Shown here in pieces: positions 17,614 through 26,644 of a stretch of DNA of 64,000 nucleotides (position 1 is the stretch's first letter; each line of letters opens with the position of its first letter). The translations under genes and the position numbers were made by a program. The notes under the pieces are model-generated. The model did no database searches, was not told where the DNA came from, and saw only the letters and a list, made by a program, of their open reading frames with translations. The DNA is from Candidatus Omnitrophota bacterium (GTDB taxonomy: Bacteria; Omnitrophota; Gorgyraeia; Duberdicusellales; 4484-171). Location of the stretch: positions 445,855-509,854 of the forward strand of contig JBAZGN010000001.1 in the NCBI GenBank assembly GCA_041652815.1, written 5' to 3'.

Positions 17614-18916
17614 GAAAAACTATAAGATTTGTGTAGTAGGCGCAGGCCATGTAGGGCTTGTAAGCGCGGCTTGTTTTTCTGAGCTTGGTTACCGGGTAAT
17701 TTGTGTTGACAACGATAAAAAGAAAATAAAATCCCTTAAGGAGAAAACCCTGCCTTTTTATGAACCTGGCCTGGATTCAATTGTGATAAAAAACATAAAT
17801 AGGGGAAACCTTGTTTTTACATCAGCGCTTCCACAAAGCGTAAAGAAATCAGACGTAATATTTATAGTTGTAGGAACGCCGCCGCTGCCTGACGGTTCGG
17901 CTGATTTAACCTCGATAGAAAATGTTGCCAGGGTAATTGCAAAGAATTTGAATTCCTACAAGCTTATTGTTGAAAAGTCAACCGTTCCGGTACAAACCGG
18001 AAGTAAGGTCAAGGAAACAATATGTCGATATAGAAAAAATAATACAGAATTCGATATAGCGTCTAACCCGGAATTTTTAAGAGAAGGAAAAGCTATATAT
18101 GATTTTTTTCATCCGGATAGAATAGTGATAGGCGTAGAGTACGAGCGTGCCGAAAAGATTTTAAAGAGCCTGTATTCTTCTATTAAGGCACCAATAGTTG
18201 TAACCGACATAAATACTTCAGAGCTGATAAAACATGCTTCAAATTCATTCCTGGCGACAAAAATTTCTTTTATAAATGCTGTAGCGCATATCTGTGATTT
18301 GGCAGGAGCAAATGTAAAAAAAGTTGCCTTAGGCATGGGATTGGATAAGCGCATCGGAAAAGATTTTTTGGATGCGGGTTTGGGCTACGGTGGTTTTTGT
18401 TTCCCAAAAGACCTGGAAGCCTTTATCTATATTTCTAAAAAGTTAGGCTATATTTTTGGCCTAATCCAGGAAGTTAAAAGCATAAATGACCAACAGAAAA
18501 AATATTTTGTCGAAAAAATAAAAGAACATTTATGGGTGTTAAAAAACAAAAAAATAGCAATATTGGGGCTTTCTTTTAAGCCTGATACCGACGATATGCG
18601 TTTTGCCCCTTCGATAGACATAGTTAATCTTCTTGTAAACGAAGGAGCGCACCTTAAGCTATATGACCCTCAGGCAAACAACGCAGCAAAAAAAATTTTA
18701 AGAAATAAGAAAATAACTTTTGCCAAAAATGCTTATGACGCGGTAAGAAATTGCGATTGTATCTGTGTTCTTACCGAATGGGAAGAGTTTAAGAAATTAG
18801 ATTTCTCGAAAATAAAAAAAATAATGCATTATCCTTTGCTTGCTGACGGAAGAAATATGTTCGATAAGAAACAAATTGAAGTATTGGGTTTTAAGTATAT
18901 AGGGATAGGCACTTGA
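17594..18916 (+). CDS. ugd: UDP-glucose 6-dehydrogenase
   Basis: KICVVGAGHVGLV Rossmann fold and catalytic GFCFPKD. The start is uncertain: TTG 17570 or GTG 17594, overlapping the lptD stop. Confidence 0.85.
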   Translation: MQRRLIKKNYKICVVGAGHVGLVSAACFSELGYRVICVDNDKKKIKSLKEKTLPFYEPGLDSIVIKNINRGNLVFTSALPQSVKKSDVIFIVVGTPPLPDGSADLTSIENVARVIAKNLNSYKLIVEKSTVPVQTGSKVKETICRYRKNNTEFDIASNPEFLREGKAIYDFFHPDRIVIGVEYERAEKILKSLYSSIKAPIVVTDINTSELIKHASNSFLATKISFINAVAHICDLAGANVKKVALGMGLDKRIGKDFLDAGLGYGGFCFPKDLEAFIYISKKLGYIFGLIQEVKSINDQQKKYFVEKIKEHLWVLKNKKIAILGLSFKPDTDDMRFAPSIDIVNLLVNEGAHLKLYDPQANNAAKKILRNKKITFAKNAYDAVRNCDCICVLTEWEEFKKLDFSKIKKIMHYPLLADGRNMFDKKQIEVLGFKYIGIGT

Positions 18917-18997
18917 TAGGCGCTAATTCCCACGAATTTGGAACGAATTTACACGAATAAATTCAGGATTTCATTTGTGGCAATTCGTTTGTAATTT

Positions 18998-19020
18998 CCC
19001 GCCTTTGGCGGGATCCCGCC
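18998..19020 (+). terminator. Overlapping GC hairpins downstream of ugd (CCCGCCTTTGGCGGG / GGCGGGATCCCGCC)
   Basis: 14-nt perfect palindrome GGCGGGATCCCGCC overlapping a 5-bp-stem hairpin, followed by an A-rich tract on the top strand. Confidence 0.4.
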
Positions 19021-19066
19021 AAATAAAATATTAAGGTGCGGGACGTGGCCATTCGTGCATCAATAT

Positions 19067-20368
19067 ATGGATACCTACGCGTTATTAAAAAATAAAATTC
19101 AGAACAAGAAAGCTAACATAGGAATTATTGGCTTGGGCTATGTCGGCCTTCCGCTGGCTATAGCTTTTTCAAAGAAAGGTTATCTCGTCTACGGTGTTGA
19201 CACGAATTCAAAACACATCGAGCGGTTAAATAAAGGAGAAAGATATATCGTTGATATTGACCCGCAAGAGGCGCTTAGCCTTATTCGTAAGAAAAGATTT
19301 GTGCCTACAATTGACGCAAGCGTGCTTGGCATTTGTGATTGTATAATAATATGCGTGCCTACTCCGCTTAGAAGAGTTAAAATGCCCGATGTTTCATATG
19401 TTTTAGCGGCAGCAAAAACGATAAAAAAATATCTTCAAAATCAGCTTATTATTTTAGAAAGCACTTCTTACCCCGCTACAACGAGAGAGGTAGTTTTGCC
19501 TGTCTTAAGGGGCACCGGGCAGCGTTTAGAAAAAGATTTTTTCCTCTGTTTTTCTTCCGAACGGGTTAATCCCGCAGATAAAAAGTTTCCTTTAACGAAA
19601 ATACCAAAAGTTGTAGGTGGATTTTCAGAAAAATCAACAGAGCTCGCATGTATTCTGTATTCAAGAATAATAAACAAAGTATTTCCTGTATCAAGTCCGG
19701 AAGTAGCCGAAACTGCAAAACTTCTGGAAAATACTTTTCGTCTTGTAAATATTGCTTTAGCCAATGAATTTGCTCTTGTTTGCAATAAGCTTGGAATAAG
19801 CGTGTGGGAAGTAATTGAAGCAGCAAAAACAAAACCTTTCGGTTTTATGCCATTCTATCCGGGGCCGGGCCTGGGAGGCCACTGTATTCCTATTGACCCT
19901 TTATATTTGTCCTGGAAGGCAAAAAAACTTGGTTTTAAAACTAAAATGATAGACCTAGCTTCTTATATAAACCATTTTATGCCGAAATATGTAATAGAAC
20001 GGCTTGAAAAATTATTAGGCAGCCGTGACGTGCGTTTAAAAGGTGCCAAAATATTAATTCTTGGCGTTGCTTACAAAAAAGACGTAAAAGATTTAAGGGA
20101 GTCCCCGGCAATAGAGATAATTGAAACATTGCAGAGCAAAGGTGCGAACGTAAGTTTTCATGACCCGTTTTTACCTTATCTGAAAATTGATGGAATTGAT
20201 TTAAAGCGCATTGAATTTAGCAAGAAGAACCTAAAAACATTTGATTGCGTAATTGTAGTTACCGACCATAGTAACATTGATTACAATTTTATAAAAAATA
20301 ATGCAAGGCTTATATTTGATACCCGTAATGTTTATAAGCGGGGCGGCGAAAATATAATAAGGCTATGA
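19067..20368 (+). CDS. UDP-N-acetyl-D-glucosamine/mannosamine 6-dehydrogenase (WbpA/WecC-like)
   Basis: Has the NIGIIGLGYVGLPLA Rossmann fold and the GGHCIPIDP catalytic Cys, at about 430 aa. The start is ambiguous between 19055, 19067 and 19112. Confidence 0.75.
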   Translation: MDTYALLKNKIQNKKANIGIIGLGYVGLPLAIAFSKKGYLVYGVDTNSKHIERLNKGERYIVDIDPQEALSLIRKKRFVPTIDASVLGICDCIIICVPTPLRRVKMPDVSYVLAAAKTIKKYLQNQLIILESTSYPATTREVVLPVLRGTGQRLEKDFFLCFSSERVNPADKKFPLTKIPKVVGGFSEKSTELACILYSRIINKVFPVSSPEVAETAKLLENTFRLVNIALANEFALVCNKLGISVWEVIEAAKTKPFGFMPFYPGPGLGGHCIPIDPLYLSWKAKKLGFKTKMIDLASYINHFMPKYVIERLEKLLGSRDVRLKGAKILILGVAYKKDVKDLRESPAIEIIETLQSKGANVSFHDPFLPYLKIDGIDLKRIEFSKKNLKTFDCVIVVTDHSNIDYNFIKNNARLIFDTRNVYKRGGENIIRL

Positions 20369-20811
20369 TTAAGGGTGTTGGAATAAAGAAATTAAAGGTA
20401 AATTACGATACAAGGGGCCATTTGATGGAAATCCTGCGCCGCGATGACAAAATCTTTAAAAGATTCGGCCAGGTTTATATAACGACTGCCAACCCAGGCG
20501 TTGTTAAAGCCTGGCATTACCATAAATTACAGGATGATTATTTCTGTTGTGTTTTTGGCAAAATGCGCCTGGCTTTATATGACGCCAGGAAAAAATCAGA
20601 AACATACGGCAAGGTTATGAATTTTGAGCTAGGGCTCAATAATCCAAAACTGGTAAAGATTCCCAAGGGTGTTTATCACGGTTTTAAGTGTATTTCAGAT
20701 GTAGCCGCAATAGTGGTAAATACGCCTACTCTGCCGTATAATAAGAAAAAACCAGACGAGTACAGGGTGGACGCGTTTAATAATGATATTCCATACAATT
20801 GGAAAAAATAA
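20365..20811 (+). CDS. Cupin-fold dTDP-4-keto-6-deoxy-sugar 3,4-ketoisomerase/epimerase (FdtA/WxcM/RmlC-like)
   Basis: 148-aa cupin with the TRGHL...WHYHK pattern seen in FdtA/QdtA. Start overlaps the upstream stop (ATGA). Confidence 0.55.
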   Translation: MIKGVGIKKLKVNYDTRGHLMEILRRDDKIFKRFGQVYITTANPGVVKAWHYHKLQDDYFCCVFGKMRLALYDARKKSETYGKVMNFELGLNNPKLVKIPKGVYHGFKCISDVAAIVVNTPTLPYNKKKPDEYRVDAFNNDIPYNWKK

Positions 20812-20950
20812 ACTCTAAACCCGAAATCCTAAATATTTATTTCAAGTTTGTGGTTTATTATTTGTGATTTGTTTAGAGTTTTCCGCCAGGGGCGGATCCG
20901 CCTTGTTTTTTCAAGGTGGCGGACGAGTTTAGGGTTTGTATAAAATAGGG
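20812..20950. repeat. Nested inverted repeats incl. GGCGGATCCGCC palindrome between cupin and rmlA-like genes
   Basis: ACTCTAAAC...GTTTAGAGT 9-bp IR pair, CCGCCAGGGGCGG and GGCGGATCCGCC palindromes, CAAGGTGGCGGA. Confidence 0.5.
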
Positions 20951-20961
20951 GGAAGAATAAA

Positions 20962-21699
20962 ATGAAGGGTGTAATTCTAGCGGGCGGGCTTGGAACAAGA
21001 CTATATCCGCTTACGAAAATTACAAATAAACATCTTTTGCCGGTTTTTGATAAGCCGATGATATATTACCCTTTAACAACACTTATGGATGCGGGAATAA
21101 AAGATGTACTTATAGTTACCGGCGGCAACCACGCAGGAGAATTCTTAAGGCTTTTAGGCAATGGTAAAGAACTTAACTTAAAAGAAATCCATTATACTTA
21201 TCAAACCGGAGAAAAAGGAATAGCTGACGCCCTTAGGCTTGCTGAAGATTTTGCTGATGGAGAAAGAATAGTTGTAATCTTAGGAGATAACTTATTCGGA
21301 GAATCAATTAAACCTTATACAGAAAAATTTGCCAAACAACGCGAAGGTGCAAAGATACTTATAAAAAAAGTACGCAACCCTCAAAGATTTGGCGTGGTAG
21401 ATTTTAAAGATGGCAAAGTTATTTCAATAGAAGAAAAACCTAAAAGTCCAAAATCAAGCTATGCGGTGGCCGGTTTATATATGTATGACTCAAAAGTATT
21501 TGATTTTATACGTAAATTAAAAGTTTCCCGTAGAGGAGAATATGAAATTACTGATATAAACAATATGTATATCAAAGAAGGAATTCTTACTTATGATATT
21601 TTAAAAGGCTACTGGACTGATTGTGGAACATGCGAATCACTGCTTCGGGCAAATATAATTGTTGCCAAAAAACAAGGCATTAACCTAAAAAATTTATAG
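20962..21699 (+). CDS. Sugar-1-phosphate nucleotidyltransferase (short RmlA-like)
   Basis: MKGVILAGGLGTRLYPLT nucleotidyltransferase signature, 245 aa. Confidence 0.7.
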   Translation: MKGVILAGGLGTRLYPLTKITNKHLLPVFDKPMIYYPLTTLMDAGIKDVLIVTGGNHAGEFLRLLGNGKELNLKEIHYTYQTGEKGIADALRLAEDFADGERIVVILGDNLFGESIKPYTEKFAKQREGAKILIKKVRNPQRFGVVDFKDGKVISIEEKPKSPKSSYAVAGLYMYDSKVFDFIRKLKVSRRGEYEITDINNMYIKEGILTYDILKGYWTDCGTCESLLRANIIVAKKQGINLKNL

Positions 21700-21722
21700 G
21701 GTGTTAACCTAAAAGGTTTATT

Positions 21723-22685
21723 ATGAAGTTACTTGTAACAGGCGGTTGTGGGTTTATAGGCTCTAATTTCATACACTATATTCTTGAAACATATCCGGAC
21801 TACAAAGTTACAAATCTGGATTGTTTAAATTATGCCGGTAATTTAGAAAATCTTTCGGATATCGCTAAGAATAAAAATTATAAGTTTGTAAAAGGTAACA
21901 TCAGAGACTTTAAGGTGATGAGCAAATTAATAAAAGAAAGCGATTATGTGGTCAATTTTGCCGCGCAAACCCATGTCGACAGGTCTATAAAAAAGGCCAG
22001 CGAGTTTATTGAAACAAATATAAACGGAGTATTTACTTTGCTTGAAGCCTGCCGTAATTCCAAAATAAAACTTTTCATACAGATAAGTACCGATGAAGTA
22101 TATGGCAGCACCTTGGAAGGCGCATTTATAGAAACAGATTTGCTTTGCCCCTCAAGCCCTTATTCGGCATCAAAGGCAGCAGCGGATTGTTTGTGCAATG
22201 CTTATGCGGCTACTTATAAAATCCCAGTGATAGTAACAAGGTGTACAAATAATTTTGGGCCTTATCAATACCCGGAAAAAGTAATACCACTTTTCGTAAC
22301 CAATCTTTTGCAAGGTAAGAAGGTGCCGCTTTACGGAGACGGGCTTAATGTCAGAGACTGGATTTATGTTTATGACCACGTGCGGGCGATTGATTTTCTG
22401 ATGCATAAAGGAAAGACAGGAGAAATATATAATATATCTTCGAATAACGAAGTCTCAAACATCGAATTGACAAAACTAATACTTAAAAAATTTGGCCTCG
22501 ACGAAAATTACATAAAATATGTGCAGGACCGCCCTGCTCATGACCGCCGCTATTCGCTGGATTCTTCAAGGTTACGTTTACTTGGCTGGAAGCCGGTTTA
22601 TGATTTCAGTACATCTCTGGACGCAACTATTGATTGGTATAAAGAAAACACTAAGTGGTGGACGAAAATAAAACAGCAAAAGTAG
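21723..22685 (+). CDS. rmlB: dTDP-glucose 4,6-dehydratase
   Basis: TGGCGFIGSNF, STDEVYG, YSASKAAAD and CTNNFGPYQYPEKVIP are canonical RmlB motifs. Confidence 0.9.
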   Translation: MKLLVTGGCGFIGSNFIHYILETYPDYKVTNLDCLNYAGNLENLSDIAKNKNYKFVKGNIRDFKVMSKLIKESDYVVNFAAQTHVDRSIKKASEFIETNINGVFTLLEACRNSKIKLFIQISTDEVYGSTLEGAFIETDLLCPSSPYSASKAAADCLCNAYAATYKIPVIVTRCTNNFGPYQYPEKVIPLFVTNLLQGKKVPLYGDGLNVRDWIYVYDHVRAIDFLMHKGKTGEIYNISSNNEVSNIELTKLILKKFGLDENYIKYVQDRPAHDRRYSLDSSRLRLLGWKPVYDFSTSLDATIDWYKENTKWWTKIKQQK

Positions 22686-22776
22686 AAGCGGATTACCGCG
22701 GATACTTACGCGGATTTCCGCACACGAACTCGCTTGCGTTTATCCGCGTTTAGATCCGCGGATATCCGCTTCTATA
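22682..22776. repeat. Family A palindromic element, copy 3
   Basis: GTAGAAGCGGATTACCGCGGATAC...GATCCGCGGATATCCGCTTCTATA between rmlB and rmlD. The rmlB stop is the TAG at the element start. Confidence 0.8.
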
Positions 22777-22786
22777 AAAGAAGCGA

Positions 22787-23647
22787 ATGCATAAGAAAAT
22801 CTTAGTTACCGGTTCACGCGGCATGCTTGGCGCAACGCTTCTGCCGTTGCTTAAAAACTACGACACTTTAGGAATAGATAAGGGTAATTGCGATATTACC
22901 AACAAAAGCTCTTTGGCAAAAACCATAGGGAATCTAAAATTCGATGTAGTGGTGCATTGTGCGGCTTACACCGATGTAGATGGTGCTGAAGGAAAGACAG
23001 GCAGCGCATTCCTGGTAAATGAAGAAGGAACAAGAAACGTAATTGAATCCATCAATAATAAAGACTGTTTTTTTATCTATATAAGTACAGACTATGTGTT
23101 TGATGGTAACAAAAAAACTGCATACACAGAGGAAGATATTGTTAATCCTCTAAGTATTTATGGCAAATCAAAACTGGCAGGAGAGAACTTAGTAGCGGGG
23201 TTAAATAAGTATATCATCATAAGGACAAGCTGGCTTTTTGGGCCCAATGGTAAAAATTTTATTTCTACGGTATTACGCCTTGCAAAAGAAAAAGAAACAA
23301 TCGAAGTAGCCGGTGACCAGATAGGTTCTCCCACGTATACACTGGATTTAGCCAAAGCGATATCGGATATAATTAATATATATTTCACAAAAGGTATTAC
23401 GTCAGGCATCTATAATATTACGAATACCGGTTTTTGCAGCTGGGCAGAGCTTGCCCGCTACATAATAAAAGAAGCAGGATTTAAAACGCATGTTGCAGAA
23501 ATTAAATCGAAAGAACTTAAGCGCGCAGCCCAGAGGCCAAAAAATTCTATGCTTTCAAAAGAAAAATTTAAAGGTTTAAGTGGATATTATTTACCCACGT
23601 GGCAGAAAGCAGTTCAACACTACTTGAAAAACTATTTACTTAACTGA
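22787..23647 (+). CDS. rmlD: dTDP-4-dehydrorhamnose reductase
   Basis: 286 aa with VTGSRGMLG, STDYVFDG, YGKSKLAGE and RTSWLFG motifs. Confidence 0.85.
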   Translation: MHKKILVTGSRGMLGATLLPLLKNYDTLGIDKGNCDITNKSSLAKTIGNLKFDVVVHCAAYTDVDGAEGKTGSAFLVNEEGTRNVIESINNKDCFFIYISTDYVFDGNKKTAYTEEDIVNPLSIYGKSKLAGENLVAGLNKYIIIRTSWLFGPNGKNFISTVLRLAKEKETIEVAGDQIGSPTYTLDLAKAISDIINIYFTKGITSGIYNITNTGFCSWAELARYIIKEAGFKTHVAEIKSKELKRAAQRPKNSMLSKEKFKGLSGYYLPTWQKAVQHYLKNYLLN

Positions 23648-23657
23648 TTGAACATTT

Positions 23658-24617
23658 ATGATTGAATTGAAAAATAAAAAAATTCTTGTAACCGGAGGAG
23701 CAGGATTCATCGGCTCCCATATTGTTGACAGGTTGATTGCCGAAGGCGTTTCAGTCGTTGTCCTTGATAATCTTTGTTCAGGTAGAATAGAAAACATTAC
23801 CCGCCATAAAGAAAAATTAAAATTTATTCAAAAAGACCTGCGAGATGATTCTGCCCTGGATGAGGCATTAGAAGGAATTGATTTGATATCGCATCAGGCA
23901 GCGCTGAGAAGCGTTCCAAAATCAATGAAAAAACCTTTGGAGTATCACGACGTAAATGTAACGGCCAGCCTAAAACTTTTTTTAAAAGCAAGAGAAAAAG
24001 GTATTAAACGTATAGTAATTGCATCCAGCAGCTCGATTTACGGCGAACGGTTTGATTTTCCTGAAAAAGAAAGTGATTATCCTAAGCCCATTTCTCCTTA
24101 TGCTGCGACCAAGCTCATAGATGAGCATTATGCTTATCTATTTAGCAAGCAATTTAGCCTTGGGGTGGTAGCACTACGTTATTTTAATGTCTATGGGCCA
24201 AGGCAATCTCTCGATGATGAATATGCTGTAGTCATCCCAAAGTTTATAACTTGCCTTTTAGAGGGAAAAAATCCCCCGATATACGGTGACGGCGAACAAG
24301 AGAGGGATTTTACTTATGTAGAAAATGTAGTTGAAGCAAATATCTTAGCTTTAACTAAGCCGGGCATAGAAGGGGAGGTCTTTAATATAGGTAACGGCGC
24401 ACCCAATTCAGTAAATGGATTATTAAAATCATTAAATAAGATTATGAATAAGAATATCAGCGCCACGTATTTACCGCTTCGTGCGGGCGATGTGCGCAAA
24501 ACCCATTCGGATATAAGCAAAGCAGCTAAGCTTTTAGGATGGCAGCCGGAGATTGGTTTTGAACAGGGGCTTACGAAAACAGTTGAGTGGTTTAAGAACG
24601 TGGGACGTAGAACGTAG
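23658..24617 (+). CDS. NAD-dependent nucleotide-sugar epimerase/dehydratase (GalE/WbpP-like)
   Basis: VTGGAGFIGSH, catalytic YAATKLIDE (YxxxK) and RYFNVYGPRQ. Confidence 0.7.
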   Translation: MIELKNKKILVTGGAGFIGSHIVDRLIAEGVSVVVLDNLCSGRIENITRHKEKLKFIQKDLRDDSALDEALEGIDLISHQAALRSVPKSMKKPLEYHDVNVTASLKLFLKAREKGIKRIVIASSSSIYGERFDFPEKESDYPKPISPYAATKLIDEHYAYLFSKQFSLGVVALRYFNVYGPRQSLDDEYAVVIPKFITCLLEGKNPPIYGDGEQERDFTYVENVVEANILALTKPGIEGEVFNIGNGAPNSVNGLLKSLNKIMNKNISATYLPLRAGDVRKTHSDISKAAKLLGWQPEIGFEQGLTKTVEWFKNVGRRT

Positions 24618-24638
24618 GATGTAGGACGTGGGACGAAA

Positions 24639-25598
24639 ATGAATATACTAATAACTGGCGGAGCAGGTTTCATCGGTTCGCATTTATGTAAAGCTTTCCT
24701 TCAAAGAGGAGATTATATAATTTGCGTTGATAACTTTATTACCGGCTCAAAAGATAACATTAAAGAGTTTCTAAATAGCCAAAATTTCCGGCTTATTGAG
24801 CATGATATTTCAACACCTTTATACATAAACGACAGCATAGATTGGGTGTTGCATTTTGCATCACTGGCTTCGCCCAAAGATTATATAACTTACCCGATAA
24901 AAACTTTAAAATCAGGGTTACTTGGAACACATAATTGTTTAGGTATCGCTAAAGCAAAGAATGCAAAATTTTTCTTTGCTTCAACCAGTGAAATTTATGG
25001 GGACCCGTTGATACATCCGCAAGTAGAAGAATATTGGGGCAATGTAAACTCTATAGGCGTGCGTAGCTGCTATGATGAGAGTAAAAGAGGCGGAGAGGCC
25101 CTTGTTTATGCCTATAACCGCCAGCATTCAATAGATGTAAGAATAGTCAGAATATTTAATACTTATGGACCCAATATGCAGATAGAAGACGGAAGAGTTG
25201 TTTCCAATTTTATTGTTCAGGCCTTAAGGGGAGAAGATTTGACTATTTACGGCCGTGGCAACCAAACCAGGTCTTTTTGTTATGTTGATGATCTTGTGGC
25301 TGGTCTGTTAAGAATAATGGAGGTTAATTATAAATTACCGTTAAATCTTGGGAATCCTTCTGAGTTTATGGTAAGTGAGTTGGCAAAGTTAGTTCTAAAA
25401 CTGACAAAATCAAAATCAAAAATAAAATTCTTGCCTTTGCCGGAAGATGACCCCAAGAAAAGAAAACCGGATATCACAAAAGCAAAGAAAATTCTTTCAT
25501 GGCAACCGCAAATACGATTGGAGGAAGGCCTTAAAAAGACTATAGAATATTTTAGGAGAAAACTAGAGGCGGATACCCGCGGATCCATACGCGGATAA
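24639..25598 (+). CDS. uxs: UDP-glucuronate decarboxylase (UDP-xylose synthase), C-terminus extended by a repeat element
   Basis: RIFNTYGPNM, DGRVVSNFIVQALRGEDLTIYGRGNQTRSF and CYVDDLV match the UXS family closely. The tail LEADTRGSIRG is read from the repeat. Confidence 0.8.
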   Translation: MNILITGGAGFIGSHLCKAFLQRGDYIICVDNFITGSKDNIKEFLNSQNFRLIEHDISTPLYINDSIDWVLHFASLASPKDYITYPIKTLKSGLLGTHNCLGIAKAKNAKFFFASTSEIYGDPLIHPQVEEYWGNVNSIGVRSCYDESKRGGEALVYAYNRQHSIDVRIVRIFNTYGPNMQIEDGRVVSNFIVQALRGEDLTIYGRGNQTRSFCYVDDLVAGLLRIMEVNYKLPLNLGNPSEFMVSELAKLVLKLTKSKSKIKFLPLPEDDPKKRKPDITKAKKILSWQPQIRLEEGLKKTIEYFRRKLEADTRGSIRG

Positions 25599-25655
25599 AC
25601 ACAAACGAATTGTTTGCGTAAATCCGCGTTACTATCCGCGGTAATCCGCTTCTAC
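25563..25655. repeat. Family A palindromic element, copy 4
   Basis: CTAGAGGCGGATACCCGCGGATCC...ATCCGCGGTAATCCGCTTCTACA between uxs and the gmd-like gene. Supplies the uxs tail. Confidence 0.8.
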
Positions 25656-25671
25656 AACAAAATAAACACAT

Positions 25672-26625
25672 ATGAAAGTTCTAATTACAGGCATAACCGG
25701 ATTTGCCGGCTCGCATCTTGCAGAATATCTATTAAGTAAAATCAATATAAATATATATGGCACAACTTTTCTTGATTTAGAAATAAAAAATATAAATCAT
25801 ATAAAGGAAAACATAAATCTTTACGAAACAGACATCAAAGACTATAAAAACATAGAATCTATCATCGCGGAAGTTATGCCAGATAGGATTTTTCATCTGG
25901 CCGGGCGGACATCTGTTGGTGATTCATTCTCTAGCCCGCAGGAAACCCTGGTTACAAATATCACGGGGCAATTGAATATTTTTGAGGCCGTAAGAAAACT
26001 TAAGTTGAACCCTTGTATACATATTGCTTGCTCTTCCGATGAATATGGATTTGTTTATGAGAATGAATTGCCCATAAAAGAAACAAATCCATTCCGGCCG
26101 CTTTCTCCTTACGCTGTTAGCAAAGTAACGCAGGATTTGCTGGCTTGGCAATATTTTAAAAACTATGGCTTAAACATAATAATTACGCGGGCATTTAATC
26201 ATACCGGTGTCCGTAGCAGCGAAGCATTTGTGTGCTCAAGTTTTGCAAAGCAGATTGCTATGATTGAAAAACAGAAACAACCGCCGGTCATATATACAGG
26301 TAACCTTGACTCCATCAGGGATTTTAGCGATGTAAAAGATGTGGCAAGGGCTTATTGGCTTGCCTTAGAAAAGTGCAGGCCGGGAGAGGCTTATAATATA
26401 TGCAGCGGCAAAGGTTATAAGATAAGAGAAATTTTAGATATACTTGTTTCATACGCAACAACTAAAGTGGAGATAAAACAAGACCCAAAAAGATTAAGGC
26501 CATCAGATACATCTGTTATCGTCGGCGATTCTACTAAATTCAGAAAGGTAACGGGATGGCAACCAGAAATCCCCCTTGAGAGAACTCTTGAAGATTTGTT
26601 AGATTACTGGCGGCAAAATGTGTAA
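25672..26625 (+). CDS. NAD-dependent sugar-nucleotide dehydratase/reductase (GDP-mannose 4,6-dehydratase / Rmd-like)
   Basis: ITGITGFAGSHLAEYLL N-terminus as in the Gmd/Rmd subfamily, plus SPYAVSKV (YxxxK). Confidence 0.6.
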   Translation: MKVLITGITGFAGSHLAEYLLSKININIYGTTFLDLEIKNINHIKENINLYETDIKDYKNIESIIAEVMPDRIFHLAGRTSVGDSFSSPQETLVTNITGQLNIFEAVRKLKLNPCIHIACSSDEYGFVYENELPIKETNPFRPLSPYAVSKVTQDLLAWQYFKNYGLNIIITRAFNHTGVRSSEAFVCSSFAKQIAMIEKQKQPPVIYTGNLDSIRDFSDVKDVARAYWLALEKCRPGEAYNICSGKGYKIREILDILVSYATTKVEIKQDPKRLRPSDTSVIVGDSTKFRKVTGWQPEIPLERTLEDLLDYWRQNV

Positions 26626-26644
26626 AAGCTGAAAGCTTTAAAAA

